Below are positions 18,435 to 26,602 of a DNA stretch of 64,000 bases, one piece after another. The stretch is from the NCBI GenBank assembly GCA_964544295.1, contig CAZJBJ010000002.1, positions 11,494 through 75,493 of the forward strand, in the 5' to 3' direction. A model generated the notes under the pieces. The model was given only the letters and a program-made list of their open reading frames with translations, did no database searches and was not told the origin of the DNA. The position numbers and the translations under genes were made by a program. Position 1 is the first letter of the stretch. Every line of letters starts with the position of its first letter. The stretch comes from an uncultured Bifidobacteriaceae bacterium. Lineage in GTDB: Bacteria; Actinomycetota; Acidimicrobiia; IMCC26256; JAENVU01.

Positions 18435-19058
18435 TCAGATCGGACCGTCTCGGACGGAAGAGGGAGGAACGTGACTCGGAATCGCAACCGCGGTGGTGCG
18501 AGGAGTCAGCAGCGTGAGCAGGCCGCCGATCACGGCGAGCGATCCACCGATGATGCACAGGTAGACGCCGGCCGCCGGGGAATGCTGCACGATCTTGTCT
18601 CGAATCTGGTCGAGCACGCTCGAACCGGACGGCTCGCGGATCGTCACCAGCGCGCCCAGTCCCAGCAGTAGTGCTGCGGCGCCGCTTGCAAGCACTGCGA
18701 GCGCGAACACGCGAAGGTACGGCACGAGCGTGAGAAGGACCGCGACCGTCATGAACGACGCGACGCCGATCAGGAACCCCTGGCCGTCTCCCGACAGCGA
18801 CCCCGAACTACCGAAGGTGAGATTCAGGCCCGAGCCTCCCGAACCGAGGTTCAGCCGCACGGGTGAGCTCGTATTCACCCACGCGGTCAGACTCGACGTG
18901 ATCAGGAAGCAGGCTGCAGCGACCACGAACGCGCAAGCGACGAGTCGGCCCGCATGCAGGTGGCCACGCGTCGTCCTGCCTTCCACAACGCCGATCCTAC
19001 GGAGAGGATGTGCACCGCTCGGGGACCGCCGGGACCGCCGATCACGGAACGGTGCCAT
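18435..19058 (-). CDS. Hypothetical integral membrane protein
   Basis: Four hydrophobic segments separated by a Gly/Ser-rich loop. The start is uncertain. Confidence 0.45.
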   Translation of the reverse strand: MAPFRDRRSRRSPSGAHPLRRIGVVEGRTTRGHLHAGRLVACAFVVAAACFLITSSLTAWVNTSSPVRLNLGSGGSGLNLTFGSSGSLSGDGQGFLIGVASFMTVAVLLTLVPYLRVFALAVLASGAAALLLGLGALVTIREPSGSSVLDQIRDKIVQHSPAAGVYLCIIGGSLAVIGGLLTLLTPRTTAVAIPSHVPPSSVRDGPI

Positions 19059-19116
19059 GGGCTGGGCAATGCTTGAGGTTGACGACCTGGTGTTCCAGCG
19101 ACTTCAGCCGGCGGAT

Positions 19117-20013
19117 TCAGCGAGTGGCATTGGCCTCGGCCGCGCTTTTGAGGAACCGGCCACGCTCAACGATCAGTCTGTGGAGGTATCGAGCGAGGAT
19201 CAGTCGCTCGACGACATCACCGATCGGGCCGAGCGGGGCGTCGAATCGGAGTCGGTCCACCATCTCGGTGCCCGCACCGGTCTCACGGAACTGGTGGACG
19301 TGGCGAAACCGCCGGAAGGGCCCTCTGACCTGTTCATCCACGAACCGGTGCGGTCGATCGAGCTCGGTGACTCGGCTCGTCATCGTGAACGGGACGCCGA
19401 AGTGGGTTGCCCGCCAGGTGACTTCTTCGCCGAGCCCGATCGTTCCGGTCGTCACACCGCGAATCGCTCGCTCGCCCGACGCGGCCATCGACTCGAGATG
19501 CGCGTCGATGTCCAGCGACAGGTCGAAGACCGTTGCCACCGGTGCGCCGATCTCGGTGACGGACTCGAACTCCACAGTCACCGCTCCATCATGCACGAAG
19601 GGGCACATGACCGCGCGAAGGGACCACCTCAGGCAGCCGGACAACAGGTCGTCGTCTCCGACGACCGAGACCGACGGGCGGAGCACGACGAGATGGCGCG
19701 GGCGCGCCGTGCGGTTGCGGAGCCACGCCACGACGTCGAGTCCGAAGATGTTGTCCTGCACGACGGTGGTGAACCCGGCGTCGCAGTATTGGTCCGCGAC
19801 GGACCCGGAGAGTTGGTAGCGGAGGTCCAACAGCCGGCGAGCTTCGAGAGGATCGCTGGGGTCACCAGCATGCACCCAGCCACGGACCACCGACCGGTAG
19901 AACGCGCCGCCGCGCACGTGCACGCCTCGCTCGAACCGACTCGCCAGGAGCTCCGCGATCGTGGACTTCCCAGCAGCTTGTGCTCCGGTGACGAGCCATA
20001 CCGATCCGGACAT
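19117..20013 (-). CDS. In-frame fusion: truncated P-loop (AAA/shikimate-kinase-like) phosphotransferase N-part + complete SRPBCC (cyclase/dehydrase-like) C-part
   Basis: MSGSVWLVTGAQAAGKSTIAELL (Walker A) ... HLVVLRP, then with no stop codon ...VMCPFVHDGAVTVEFES..IGAPVATVFDL... (SRPBCC). An internal ATG at 19608 could express the SRPBCC part alone. Confidence 0.6.
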   Translation of the reverse strand: MSGSVWLVTGAQAAGKSTIAELLASRFERGVHVRGGAFYRSVVRGWVHAGDPSDPLEARRLLDLRYQLSGSVADQYCDAGFTTVVQDNIFGLDVVAWLRNRTARPRHLVVLRPSVSVVGDDDLLSGCLRWSLRAVMCPFVHDGAVTVEFESVTEIGAPVATVFDLSLDIDAHLESMAASGERAIRGVTTGTIGLGEEVTWRATHFGVPFTMTSRVTELDRPHRFVDEQVRGPFRRFRHVHQFRETGAGTEMVDRLRFDAPLGPIGDVVERLILARYLHRLIVERGRFLKSAAEANATR

Positions 20014-20815
20014 GGCCACAGTGTCGTTGATCCGATGGGCGCAGGCAGGTGCCATTCCGCAGGCTTCCCCGACCGCAGGGGGTGGACTCTGGTGGAAACC
20101 GGCTCGGCGCGCGGCGCAGCCCTCCGACGAGAATGGCCCGGTGGACGCCCGGGCTGAGCTGCTGACCGCGATCAGGCGCGCCCGTAATCGCCTGCCTGCA
20201 CCGGCCGAAAATGTCGCTCGCGCGCCCGGAGACTTCGAGCACATCTCGTTGCCAGCAAGCGACGGGGACGTTCTGCGCGACCTTCTCCTCGCCGACGGCG
20301 CTCGCGTGGTCATCGAGATCGGCCTCGCGTACGCAAGCTCAGCTCTCGCCATTGCCGAAGCACTGGTCGCGGGAGGGACGGATGATGCTTCGCACGTGAT
20401 CATCGACGCGTTCCAGGACCACTTCGACGACACCGGATGGGACACGCTCGTCGCAGCAGGCCTCGGCTCCGTCTGTTCCCTGCACCGCGAACGCTCGCAG
20501 CTGGTGTTGCCCCGCCTCATCACCGAAGGCGCCGTCGCCGACGCGGCGTTTGTCGACGGCAGTCACGTCTTCCACAATGTCTTCGTCGACCTGGCGTTTC
20601 TTCGAGAACTGGTACGGCCCGGCGGTCTCGTGATTCTCGACGACTGCGACTGGCCATCGGTCGACACCGCGGCTCGGTACTTCGAAGTCAACGCCGGCTG
20701 GGAACGCGTTCCGATGCACACTCCGACCCGGCTGCGCGCGTATCGGATGCCCGATCCCCCCATCGACCCGGACTTCCAAGATTTCACGCCGTTCGATTCC
20801 CTATCCACCAACTGA
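20012..20815 (+). CDS. Class I SAM-dependent O-methyltransferase (Methyltransf_24-like)
   Basis: VVIEIGLAYASSALAIAEAL, FVDGSH, PGGLVILDD. The start is ambiguous between the ATG at 20012 and the in-frame GTG at 20141. The first 43 codons look less protein-like. Confidence 0.7.
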   Translation: MATVSLIRWAQAGAIPQASPTAGGGLWWKPARRAAQPSDENGPVDARAELLTAIRRARNRLPAPAENVARAPGDFEHISLPASDGDVLRDLLLADGARVVIEIGLAYASSALAIAEALVAGGTDDASHVIIDAFQDHFDDTGWDTLVAAGLGSVCSLHRERSQLVLPRLITEGAVADAAFVDGSHVFHNVFVDLAFLRELVRPGGLVILDDCDWPSVDTAARYFEVNAGWERVPMHTPTRLRAYRMPDPPIDPDFQDFTPFDSLSTN

Positions 20816-20818
20816 CGG

Positions 20819-21313
20819 ATGCAACGCGAAGCCCGGTTCGAGAGCGCGGCGCTTCCGTATCGTTGTCGACCAATGGTGCGCGACTTTCGATCGAGCGACC
20901 AGCAGGAGCTTCGCTCGCTGATCCTCGACGGCCTCCGGGAACGGTGGGGCGAAGCATTCGACGCGACCCACAATGCTGACGTCGACGACTTCGTGACGAA
21001 CTATCTCGACCGCGGCGCCGAGATCGTCGTCGTCGAGTCCGACCGCTCGATCGTCGCCACCGGGACGCTGGTCCCGCGCCGCGATCGAGTTGGCGAGATC
21101 GTCCGCATGTCGGTCGCGGCCACCCACCGTCGTCAAGGGTTGGCCCGCCGCGTCATCACCGAACTGATCGAACGAGCGAGTCGTCGGAACATGGCGGAGA
21201 TCACCGTGCTCACCGACACACCGTGGACGAGCGCCGTCTCGCTGTACCGGGCCTGCGGTTTCGTCGAGGTCGGACACGACGAAACCGACACCCATTTCGT
21301 CATGCGGCTCTGA
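20819..21313 (+). CDS. GNAT family N-acetyltransferase
   Basis: RRQGLARRVITELIERA and SAVSLYRACGF. An alternative start at the ATG at 20873 is possible. Confidence 0.8.
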   Translation: MQREARFESAALPYRCRPMVRDFRSSDQQELRSLILDGLRERWGEAFDATHNADVDDFVTNYLDRGAEIVVVESDRSIVATGTLVPRRDRVGEIVRMSVAATHRRQGLARRVITELIERASRRNMAEITVLTDTPWTSAVSLYRACGFVEVGHDETDTHFVMRL

Positions 21314-21358
21314 GGGCGTCGCTGCTCGCTCGCTGTCGGGCACGGGTAGTTTTCTCGC

Positions 21359-21375
21359 CCTACTACTGGTAGGAT
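21359..21375 (+). promoter_or_regulatory. Inverted repeat CCTAC-tactg-GTAGG overlapping a -10-like TAGGAT that ends 6 nt before the mazE ATG (possible leaderless, autoregulated TA promoter)
   Basis: Read from the sequence. No Shine-Dalgarno motif is visible before the ATG at 21382. Confidence 0.35.
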
Positions 21376-21381
21376 GGCGGT

Positions 21382-21600
21382 ATGAAGCTCAGCGTGAGTC
21401 TGCCCGCGGAGGATGTCGAGTACCTCGACGCCTACACCAAGAGTCAAGGCCTCGATTCCCGGTCCGCCGCGTTGGTGAAGGCCGTGCGCCTCCTGCGCGC
21501 CTCCGAACTGGGTGCGGAGTACGAAGCCGCGTGGACCGAATGGGCCCGAAGCGAGGACTCCGCATCGTGGGACGAAGCGACTGCTGACGGACTCTCCTGA
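21382..21600 (+). CDS. mazE: Ribbon-helix-helix (CopG/MazE-type) antitoxin
   Basis: 72 aa with N-terminal MKLSVSLPAEDVEYLD (RHH beta strand). The stop overlaps the toxin start (TGATG). Confidence 0.8.
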   Translation: MKLSVSLPAEDVEYLDAYTKSQGLDSRSAALVKAVRLLRASELGAEYEAAWTEWARSEDSASWDEATADGLS

Positions 21601-21947
21601 TGCGCCGTGGCGAGATCCGGTGGGTCGACCTCGATCCGGTTCGCGGCGCCGAATCGAACAAGCGTCGGCCGGCGGTGATCGTGAGCAACGACGGCGCGAA
21701 CTTCACGGCGAACCGATTGGGCCGCGGTGTGATCACGGTCGTCCCCGTCACGTCGAACACCGAACGGATCTATCCGTTCCAGGTACTGCTCCCCGCCGCG
21801 TCGACCGGGCTGACCGAAGACTCGAAGGCGCAGGCCGAGCAGATCCGATCCGTAGCCGTCGAACGGATCGGCATGCGGGTCGGATCATTGTCCGGTGCGG
21901 ACCTGTCCGCCTTGGACGAGGCACTCCGACTCCACCTCGCGCTGTGA
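21600..21947 (+). CDS. mazF: MazF/PemK family endoribonuclease toxin
   Basis: RRGEIRWVDLDPVRGAE...RPAVIVSND...VVPVTSN...KAQAEQIRSV closely resembles mycobacterial MazF9-type toxins. Confidence 0.9.
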   Translation: MRRGEIRWVDLDPVRGAESNKRRPAVIVSNDGANFTANRLGRGVITVVPVTSNTERIYPFQVLLPAASTGLTEDSKAQAEQIRSVAVERIGMRVGSLSGADLSALDEALRLHLAL

Positions 21948-21978
21948 TGAGCGGCTCGCCCACCACGGAGGATCCATC

Positions 21979-22635
21979 GTGAGTGCCCCGACCCAACAGC
22001 TCCTGCGGGTACAGAACTTCATGCTCTCGACCGACGGGTACGGCACCGGCGAGGGTCAGAGCATCGAACGACCCTTCGGCCACGCGGATCCGGCCGCACT
22101 CGCCGCGTGGGCGGGCGCGACGGCAAGCTGGCCCAACCGCACCGACCCGGGAGGGACCCGGGGCCTCGACGACTACTTCACCCGGGACTTCACCAACAAC
22201 ATCGGTGCCGAGATCATGGGGCGCGGCAAGTTCGGTCCGCAGACCGGGCCGTGGGAGAACTTCGAGTGGGAGGGCTGGTGGGGTGACGAGCCGCCGTTCC
22301 ACACCCCCGTCTTCGTGCTGACCCACCACGTCCGACCCAGCATCTCGTTGTCGGACACCACGTTCCACTTCATCGACGCGACACCAGCCGAAGCCTTCCG
22401 CCAGGCCAAGGCCGCCGCCGACGGGAAGGACGTGCGCCTGGGCGGCGGCGTGGCGACCGTCCGCGAGTTCCTCGAGGCCGACCTCGTCGACACGATGCAC
22501 GTCGCCGTCGCTCCCGTCGAGATCGGACGGGGCGGCAAGTTGTGGGATTCGCCCGACGAACTCCTCGACCGCTTCCAGCTCGAGCGCATCCCGAGTCCGA
22601 GCGGTGTCATCCACCACCTCTTCTGGCGCCGATAG
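21979..22635 (+). CDS. Dihydrofolate reductase-like / RibD C-terminal domain protein
   Basis: GTG at 21979 preceded by GGAGGA. IMGRGKF, VFVLTHH, RLGGGVATVREFLEADLVD. Confidence 0.75.
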   Translation: MSAPTQQLLRVQNFMLSTDGYGTGEGQSIERPFGHADPAALAAWAGATASWPNRTDPGGTRGLDDYFTRDFTNNIGAEIMGRGKFGPQTGPWENFEWEGWWGDEPPFHTPVFVLTHHVRPSISLSDTTFHFIDATPAEAFRQAKAAADGKDVRLGGGVATVREFLEADLVDTMHVAVAPVEIGRGGKLWDSPDELLDRFQLERIPSPSGVIHHLFWRR

Positions 22636-22683
22636 TCCCCGAGACCGGGAGTTCGCGCCCGCACCGCGGGCAACAATGGGCTC

Positions 22684-23145
22684 GTGCGAGTCACGATCAT
22701 CGGTGTCAACCTGCCGGGGCGAACGTTCTGTCGACCCGACGGCTCACCCCTGAGCAACGTCCATGTCGGCGTACAGAACAGGCGTGACGCCGCCTGGCTG
22801 ATCCCGGCCGACAGACACGAAGCCAGATGGGAACTCCAGGTGGGCGTCGTCGACCGAGACGGCGGGCCCGACTTTCGCGGGCCGGTGGTCCAGGGCCGGC
22901 CGGGTGATCGGTTCATCTACCTGACCTGGGGTGAGCTCGGCGCCCACGAAGCATTCGAGATGTTCCGCCGGGCCAAGCTGATGCTCGACCGAATCGACGA
23001 GCGCGTCGTTCGGGCCGCGCGAGCCGCCGACCACCTCGTGGCCCGCGTCGACCTGACCGGCCCCGACGGCGGGCCTCGCTGCGCCCGGGTCGACCCGCCC
23101 GACGTCGTGTGGTCCGCCCCGAACCTCTCGCCGACCGGCACATGA
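22684..23145 (+). CDS. Conserved hypothetical protein (DUF5990-like)
   Basis: 153 aa with a GTG start. FRGPVVQGRPGDRFIYLTWG and RRAKLML resemble that family as I remember it. Confidence 0.5.
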   Translation: MRVTIIGVNLPGRTFCRPDGSPLSNVHVGVQNRRDAAWLIPADRHEARWELQVGVVDRDGGPDFRGPVVQGRPGDRFIYLTWGELGAHEAFEMFRRAKLMLDRIDERVVRAARAADHLVARVDLTGPDGGPRCARVDPPDVVWSAPNLSPTGT

Positions 23146-23161
23146 GGCGCGGGGCGACGCG

Positions 23162-23623
23162 TCACTCCACGGCGAGGCGTTCGTCGTAGGCGCGGACCCG
23201 CTCGGTGTCCTCGTAGTCCTCCTGCTCGAGGATCTTCCCCCAGCGCACACGAACCATGAGCACGGCGCGGTTCGTATAAACGTCCTCACCGGATCCGTCC
23301 GACGGGTCGGCGATGCCGTGATGGACCCGGACCGCGGCCCGGGTGTTCCACGGCGGACCGTTCACCAGGATGTCGTCGACGTGCATCTCGATCCCCGAGT
23401 CCACGAACCGACGCAGGAAGGCCTCGATCTCGGCAGTGCCACGATGGGTCGCGAACGGCTGCTGGCTCTTCACCTGCGTCCGGAACATCCTCGCCCACGA
23501 GTTGTCGCCGGGAAACGCGAGGGTCGCGCCCGGCGCGAACATCGCCAGTGTCGGCTCGTACCTCCCGGCATTGAGGAATCGAATGTTGCGCCGGATCAGC
23601 GCCCGCACTGTTGCCTTGTACAT
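23162..23623 (-). CDS. NTF2/SnoaL-like family protein
   Basis: 153 aa with an alpha+beta cone-type pattern (...FAPGATLAFPG...ILEQEDYEDT). Confidence 0.6.
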   Translation of the reverse strand: MYKATVRALIRRNIRFLNAGRYEPTLAMFAPGATLAFPGDNSWARMFRTQVKSQQPFATHRGTAEIEAFLRRFVDSGIEMHVDDILVNGPPWNTRAAVRVHHGIADPSDGSGEDVYTNRAVLMVRVRWGKILEQEDYEDTERVRAYDERLAVE

Positions 23624-23642
23624 CGCTCGGCTCCCGGAGAGG

Positions 23643-23669
23643 ACTAAATAGATCGTTCGTTCTAATAGT
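23643..23669. promoter_or_regulatory. AT-rich patch ACTAAATAGATCGTTCGTTCTAATAGT in the divergent SnoaL/TetR intergenic region; candidate promoter/operator
   Basis: This is the only AT-rich stretch for several kb, and the symmetry is imperfect. It lies between divergent starts at 23623 and 23680. Confidence 0.3.
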
Positions 23670-23679
23670 ATGGCCCACC

Positions 23680-24273
23680 ATGAGTCCCACCCAATCGGAC
23701 ACGCACCGAACCCGCGATCGGATCGTCACGGCGGCGGAGGATCTGTTCCGCCGGCGCGGCTACGCCGGCACCGGCCTCAAGGCGATCCTGGCCGCGAGCG
23801 ACGCGCCCTCCGGGTCGCTCTACCACTTCTTCCCGGGCGGCAAGGAGGACCTCGGAGTCGCCGCGTTGACCAAGGGCGGGGAGACGTACCGGGAACTGGT
23901 CGAACTCGTCTACGCGCCCGACGTTGACGTGGTCGAGGCCACCAAGGACTTCTTCGCCGGTGCTGCTGCGATACTCGCCGAGACCGACTACGCCGACGCC
24001 TGCCCGATCGCGACGGTCGCGCTGGAGATCGCGAGCACGAACGAGCCGATGCGCGAGGCCGCCGCGGCCGCGTTCCGGTCGTGGCTCGAGGTCCTGACCG
24101 AACGACTGATCGCGGCCGGTGTCCGCGCCGACCGGGCGAACGACGTCAGCGTCGAACTGTTCTGCCTCGTCGAGGGCGCATTTCTGCTGTGCCGCACGAC
24201 TCGCACCACCGGTCCGATGGAGGTCGCCGGGCGCGCGGCCGTGAGCGCCGTCGCCGCGGCCGTAGACCGCTGA
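23680..24273 (+). CDS. TetR/AcrR family transcriptional regulator
   Basis: RDRIVTAAEDLFRRRGYAGTGLKAILAASDAPSGSLYHFFPGGKEDL. Confidence 0.85.
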   Translation: MSPTQSDTHRTRDRIVTAAEDLFRRRGYAGTGLKAILAASDAPSGSLYHFFPGGKEDLGVAALTKGGETYRELVELVYAPDVDVVEATKDFFAGAAAILAETDYADACPIATVALEIASTNEPMREAAAAAFRSWLEVLTERLIAAGVRADRANDVSVELFCLVEGAFLLCRTTRTTGPMEVAGRAAVSAVAAAVDR

Positions 24274-24314
24274 TCGCTCTCGCCACCGACCGAACCTGCG
24301 ACTACCGTTCGCTC

Positions 24315-24716
24315 GTGCTGGAGAAACATGGGCAACTTCTTGCTGTGCTGCCTGTCGCGCGCACCATCAACCTCGAGCCGGGTGGCGTCATCATCGTGGT
24401 GTCCATCGAGCTCTGGGAGGACGGGATCGTGCTGCACACGGTCGAACCGCTCCGTACCCGCGGTCTGCGGAACGGGACCACATCCCGCCGCCCCCGCTGG
24501 ACGATCACCGACGACGTGAAGACCGACTACGAACCTGGCCTCTTCGCATCCGGCCGGTGGCTGGGCGGCCGGCTGCGGCGGGCCTTCGGTTTCGTCCCGT
24601 CGGCCCCGGCCGGGGCGACACACCTCACGTTGGAACGAGAGGGCGCGTCCGACGGGCAGACCATCTCGGTGGCGATCCCGGATCGAGATCCGCCCGCCGC
24701 GAAACGACGGTCGTGA
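24315..24716 (+). CDS. Hypothetical protein
   Basis: In-frame GTG at 24315 after the TetR stop. VVSIELWEDGIVLHTVEP...WTITDDVKTDYEP...ATHLTLE looks like a real small beta-rich protein. The opposite-strand ORF is Arg-rich shadow. Confidence 0.45.
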   Translation: MLEKHGQLLAVLPVARTINLEPGGVIIVVSIELWEDGIVLHTVEPLRTRGLRNGTTSRRPRWTITDDVKTDYEPGLFASGRWLGGRLRRAFGFVPSAPAGATHLTLEREGASDGQTISVAIPDRDPPAAKRRS

Positions 24717-24866
24717 GCACCCTGCGCCGGCGAGTGCTGCCAACCTGATTCAGAGCCCGGACGAACCGGAATGAATCGGAAGAACACCCCCGGATCCACC
24801 CTCGAAATAGTGCGGGCGCGACGGTAGGGTCCGTGCCCTCACAACTCCCTGGGGAGGGCCCATCAC

Positions 24867-25685
24867 ATGAACTTCCGGAGAACCGCCCTGGCGGTCATCA
24901 CCGTCGGCATCTTCGCCACCCTCACCGCCTGCGGCAGCAGCAGCGGTAGCTCGGGTAGCGGGTCGACGGACTCGAACGACCTCGGCGGCAAGACCGTCAC
25001 CGTCGCGGTCGAGAACCAGTACCCACCGTTCAACTACATCAACAAGGACACCAACAAGGCTGAAGGCTGGGACTACGACACCTGGCGGGCGATCTGCAAG
25101 AAGATCAACTGCAAGCCCGAGTTCAAAGAGACCGGGTTCGAGGGCATGATCCAGGCCGTCTCCGACAGCCAGTTCGACGCCGCGGCTGACGGCATCACCA
25201 TCACCGACGAGCGCAAGCAGGTCGTCGACTTCTCGGACGGCTACATCAAGGTCGAACAACGACTGATGGTGAAGAAGGGCGAGGACCGGTTCTCGACCCT
25301 CGCCGAGTTCAAGGACGGCAACTACAAGGTCGGTACGCAGACCGGCACCACGAACTTCGAGACCGCCACGAAGGAATACGGCGAGAGTCGTGTCCAGGCG
25401 CTCGAGACGTTCCCGTTCGCGGTTCAGGCGTTGCTCAACGGTGACATCGACGCGGTGATCATCGACGACACCGCGGGACAGGGTTACGTCGGCGCCGACC
25501 GCGAGAAGCTCGAATTGCTGCCGGGCAGCATCTCGTCGGACGAACTCGGGTTCATCTTCCCGAAGGGTTCCGATCTCGTCGGCCCGGTGAACTTCGCGCT
25601 GAAGCAGCTCACCGCCGACGGAACCTTGAAGAAGATCAACGACAAGTACTTCGCGCCGGACTTCGAGGCACCGGTCGCCGAATAG
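24867..25685 (+). CDS. Polar amino-acid ABC transporter substrate-binding lipoprotein (family 3)
   Basis: Lipobox LTAC, Gly/Ser linker, and PPFNY..., DAAADGITIT.ER family-3 SBP motifs. Confidence 0.85.
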   Translation: MNFRRTALAVITVGIFATLTACGSSSGSSGSGSTDSNDLGGKTVTVAVENQYPPFNYINKDTNKAEGWDYDTWRAICKKINCKPEFKETGFEGMIQAVSDSQFDAAADGITITDERKQVVDFSDGYIKVEQRLMVKKGEDRFSTLAEFKDGNYKVGTQTGTTNFETATKEYGESRVQALETFPFAVQALLNGDIDAVIIDDTAGQGYVGADREKLELLPGSISSDELGFIFPKGSDLVGPVNFALKQLTADGTLKKINDKYFAPDFEAPVAE

Positions 25686-25711
25686 TCGCAGCCGAGTTTC
25701 CCATCGACTCC

Positions 25712-25743
25712 GAGATGCGCCAGGCTTCGGCCTGGCGCATCTC
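25712..25743 (+). terminator. Perfect 14-bp stem / TTCG tetraloop hairpin between the SBP and permease genes (intra-operon attenuator or partial terminator)
   Basis: GAGATGCGCCAGGC-TTCG-GCCTGGCGCATCTC, read directly from the sequence. No clear U-tract follows. Confidence 0.5.
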
Positions 25744-25780
25744 GCGTCTCTGACCACCCGCCACGACCTGAGGAAGGGCC

Positions 25781-26602
25781 ATGCCCATCACCGGAGGCGC
25801 CTCCGAAGCCGAACGCACCACGCTGGTCCCCCCGATGTCCGAGCGGTTTCGGGCGGGCGCTCGCGACTTTCCCTACTGGCTGGTCGCGATCATCGGCATC
25901 CTCGCCTGGATGGCGTTCCTGATCATCACCGACGAGAAGTACCGCACGGCGTGGGATCGGATCCTGCCCGGTCTCGGCACGACCGTCAGCGCCACCGTGA
26001 TCGGCTTCGGGCTGGCACTGGTGTTCGGTCTCCTCGCCGGACTCGGTCGCATCTCCAAGAACGTCGTCGTCCGCAACATCGCGATCACCTACATCGAGTT
26101 CGTCCGGGGCGTGCCGATCCTCGTGCTGATCTTCACTGTCGCGTACGTGGTCGTCCCTCAGCTGTCGAGCGCGTTCGGTTTCCAGAACTCCGCGGTCACG
26201 CCGTTCACGCGCGCGGTCAGTGCCCTCGCGATCATCTACGGCGCGTACCTCGCCGAGGTCTTCCGCGCCGGGATCGAATCCGTCCCCAAGGGACAGACCG
26301 AGGCCGGCCGGTCCCTGGGGCTGAGCCGGAGACAGACGACCCGCCTCATCGTGCTCCCCCAGGCCGTGCGCAACATGACGCCGGCGATCGGCAACGACCT
26401 CATCGCGATGCTGAAGGACTCGTCGCTCCTCTCGGTCCTCGGCGTGCGGGAGCTGACCCAACAGGGGCGTCTGTACGCGAGTTCGAGTTTCCAGTTCCGC
26501 CCGACCTACCTCGTGCTCACGTTCTTCTACCTGAGCATGACGGTGATCCTGTCGTTGCTCCTCCGGTGGTACCGCTCACGACTGGGGCTCGACGATGCCT
26601 GA
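25781..26602 (+). CDS. Amino-acid ABC transporter permease (HisM/GlnP type)
   Basis: EAA-loop region AGIESVPKGQTEAGRSLGLSRRQT. Confidence 0.85.
   Translation: MPITGGASEAERTTLVPPMSERFRAGARDFPYWLVAIIGILAWMAFLIITDEKYRTAWDRILPGLGTTVSATVIGFGLALVFGLLAGLGRISKNVVVRNIAITYIEFVRGVPILVLIFTVAYVVVPQLSSAFGFQNSAVTPFTRAVSALAIIYGAYLAEVFRAGIESVPKGQTEAGRSLGLSRRQTTRLIVLPQAVRNMTPAIGNDLIAMLKDSSLLSVLGVRELTQQGRLYASSSFQFRPTYLVLTFFYLSMTVILSLLLRWYRSRLGLDDA

Noticed and set aside
13918-24800. Calling the tRNA-Pro-adjacent block a mobile genomic island.
   Set aside because: No integrase, recombinase, transposase or phage gene was found, and no direct repeat of the tRNA 3' end. It is reported only as a hypothesis under findings.
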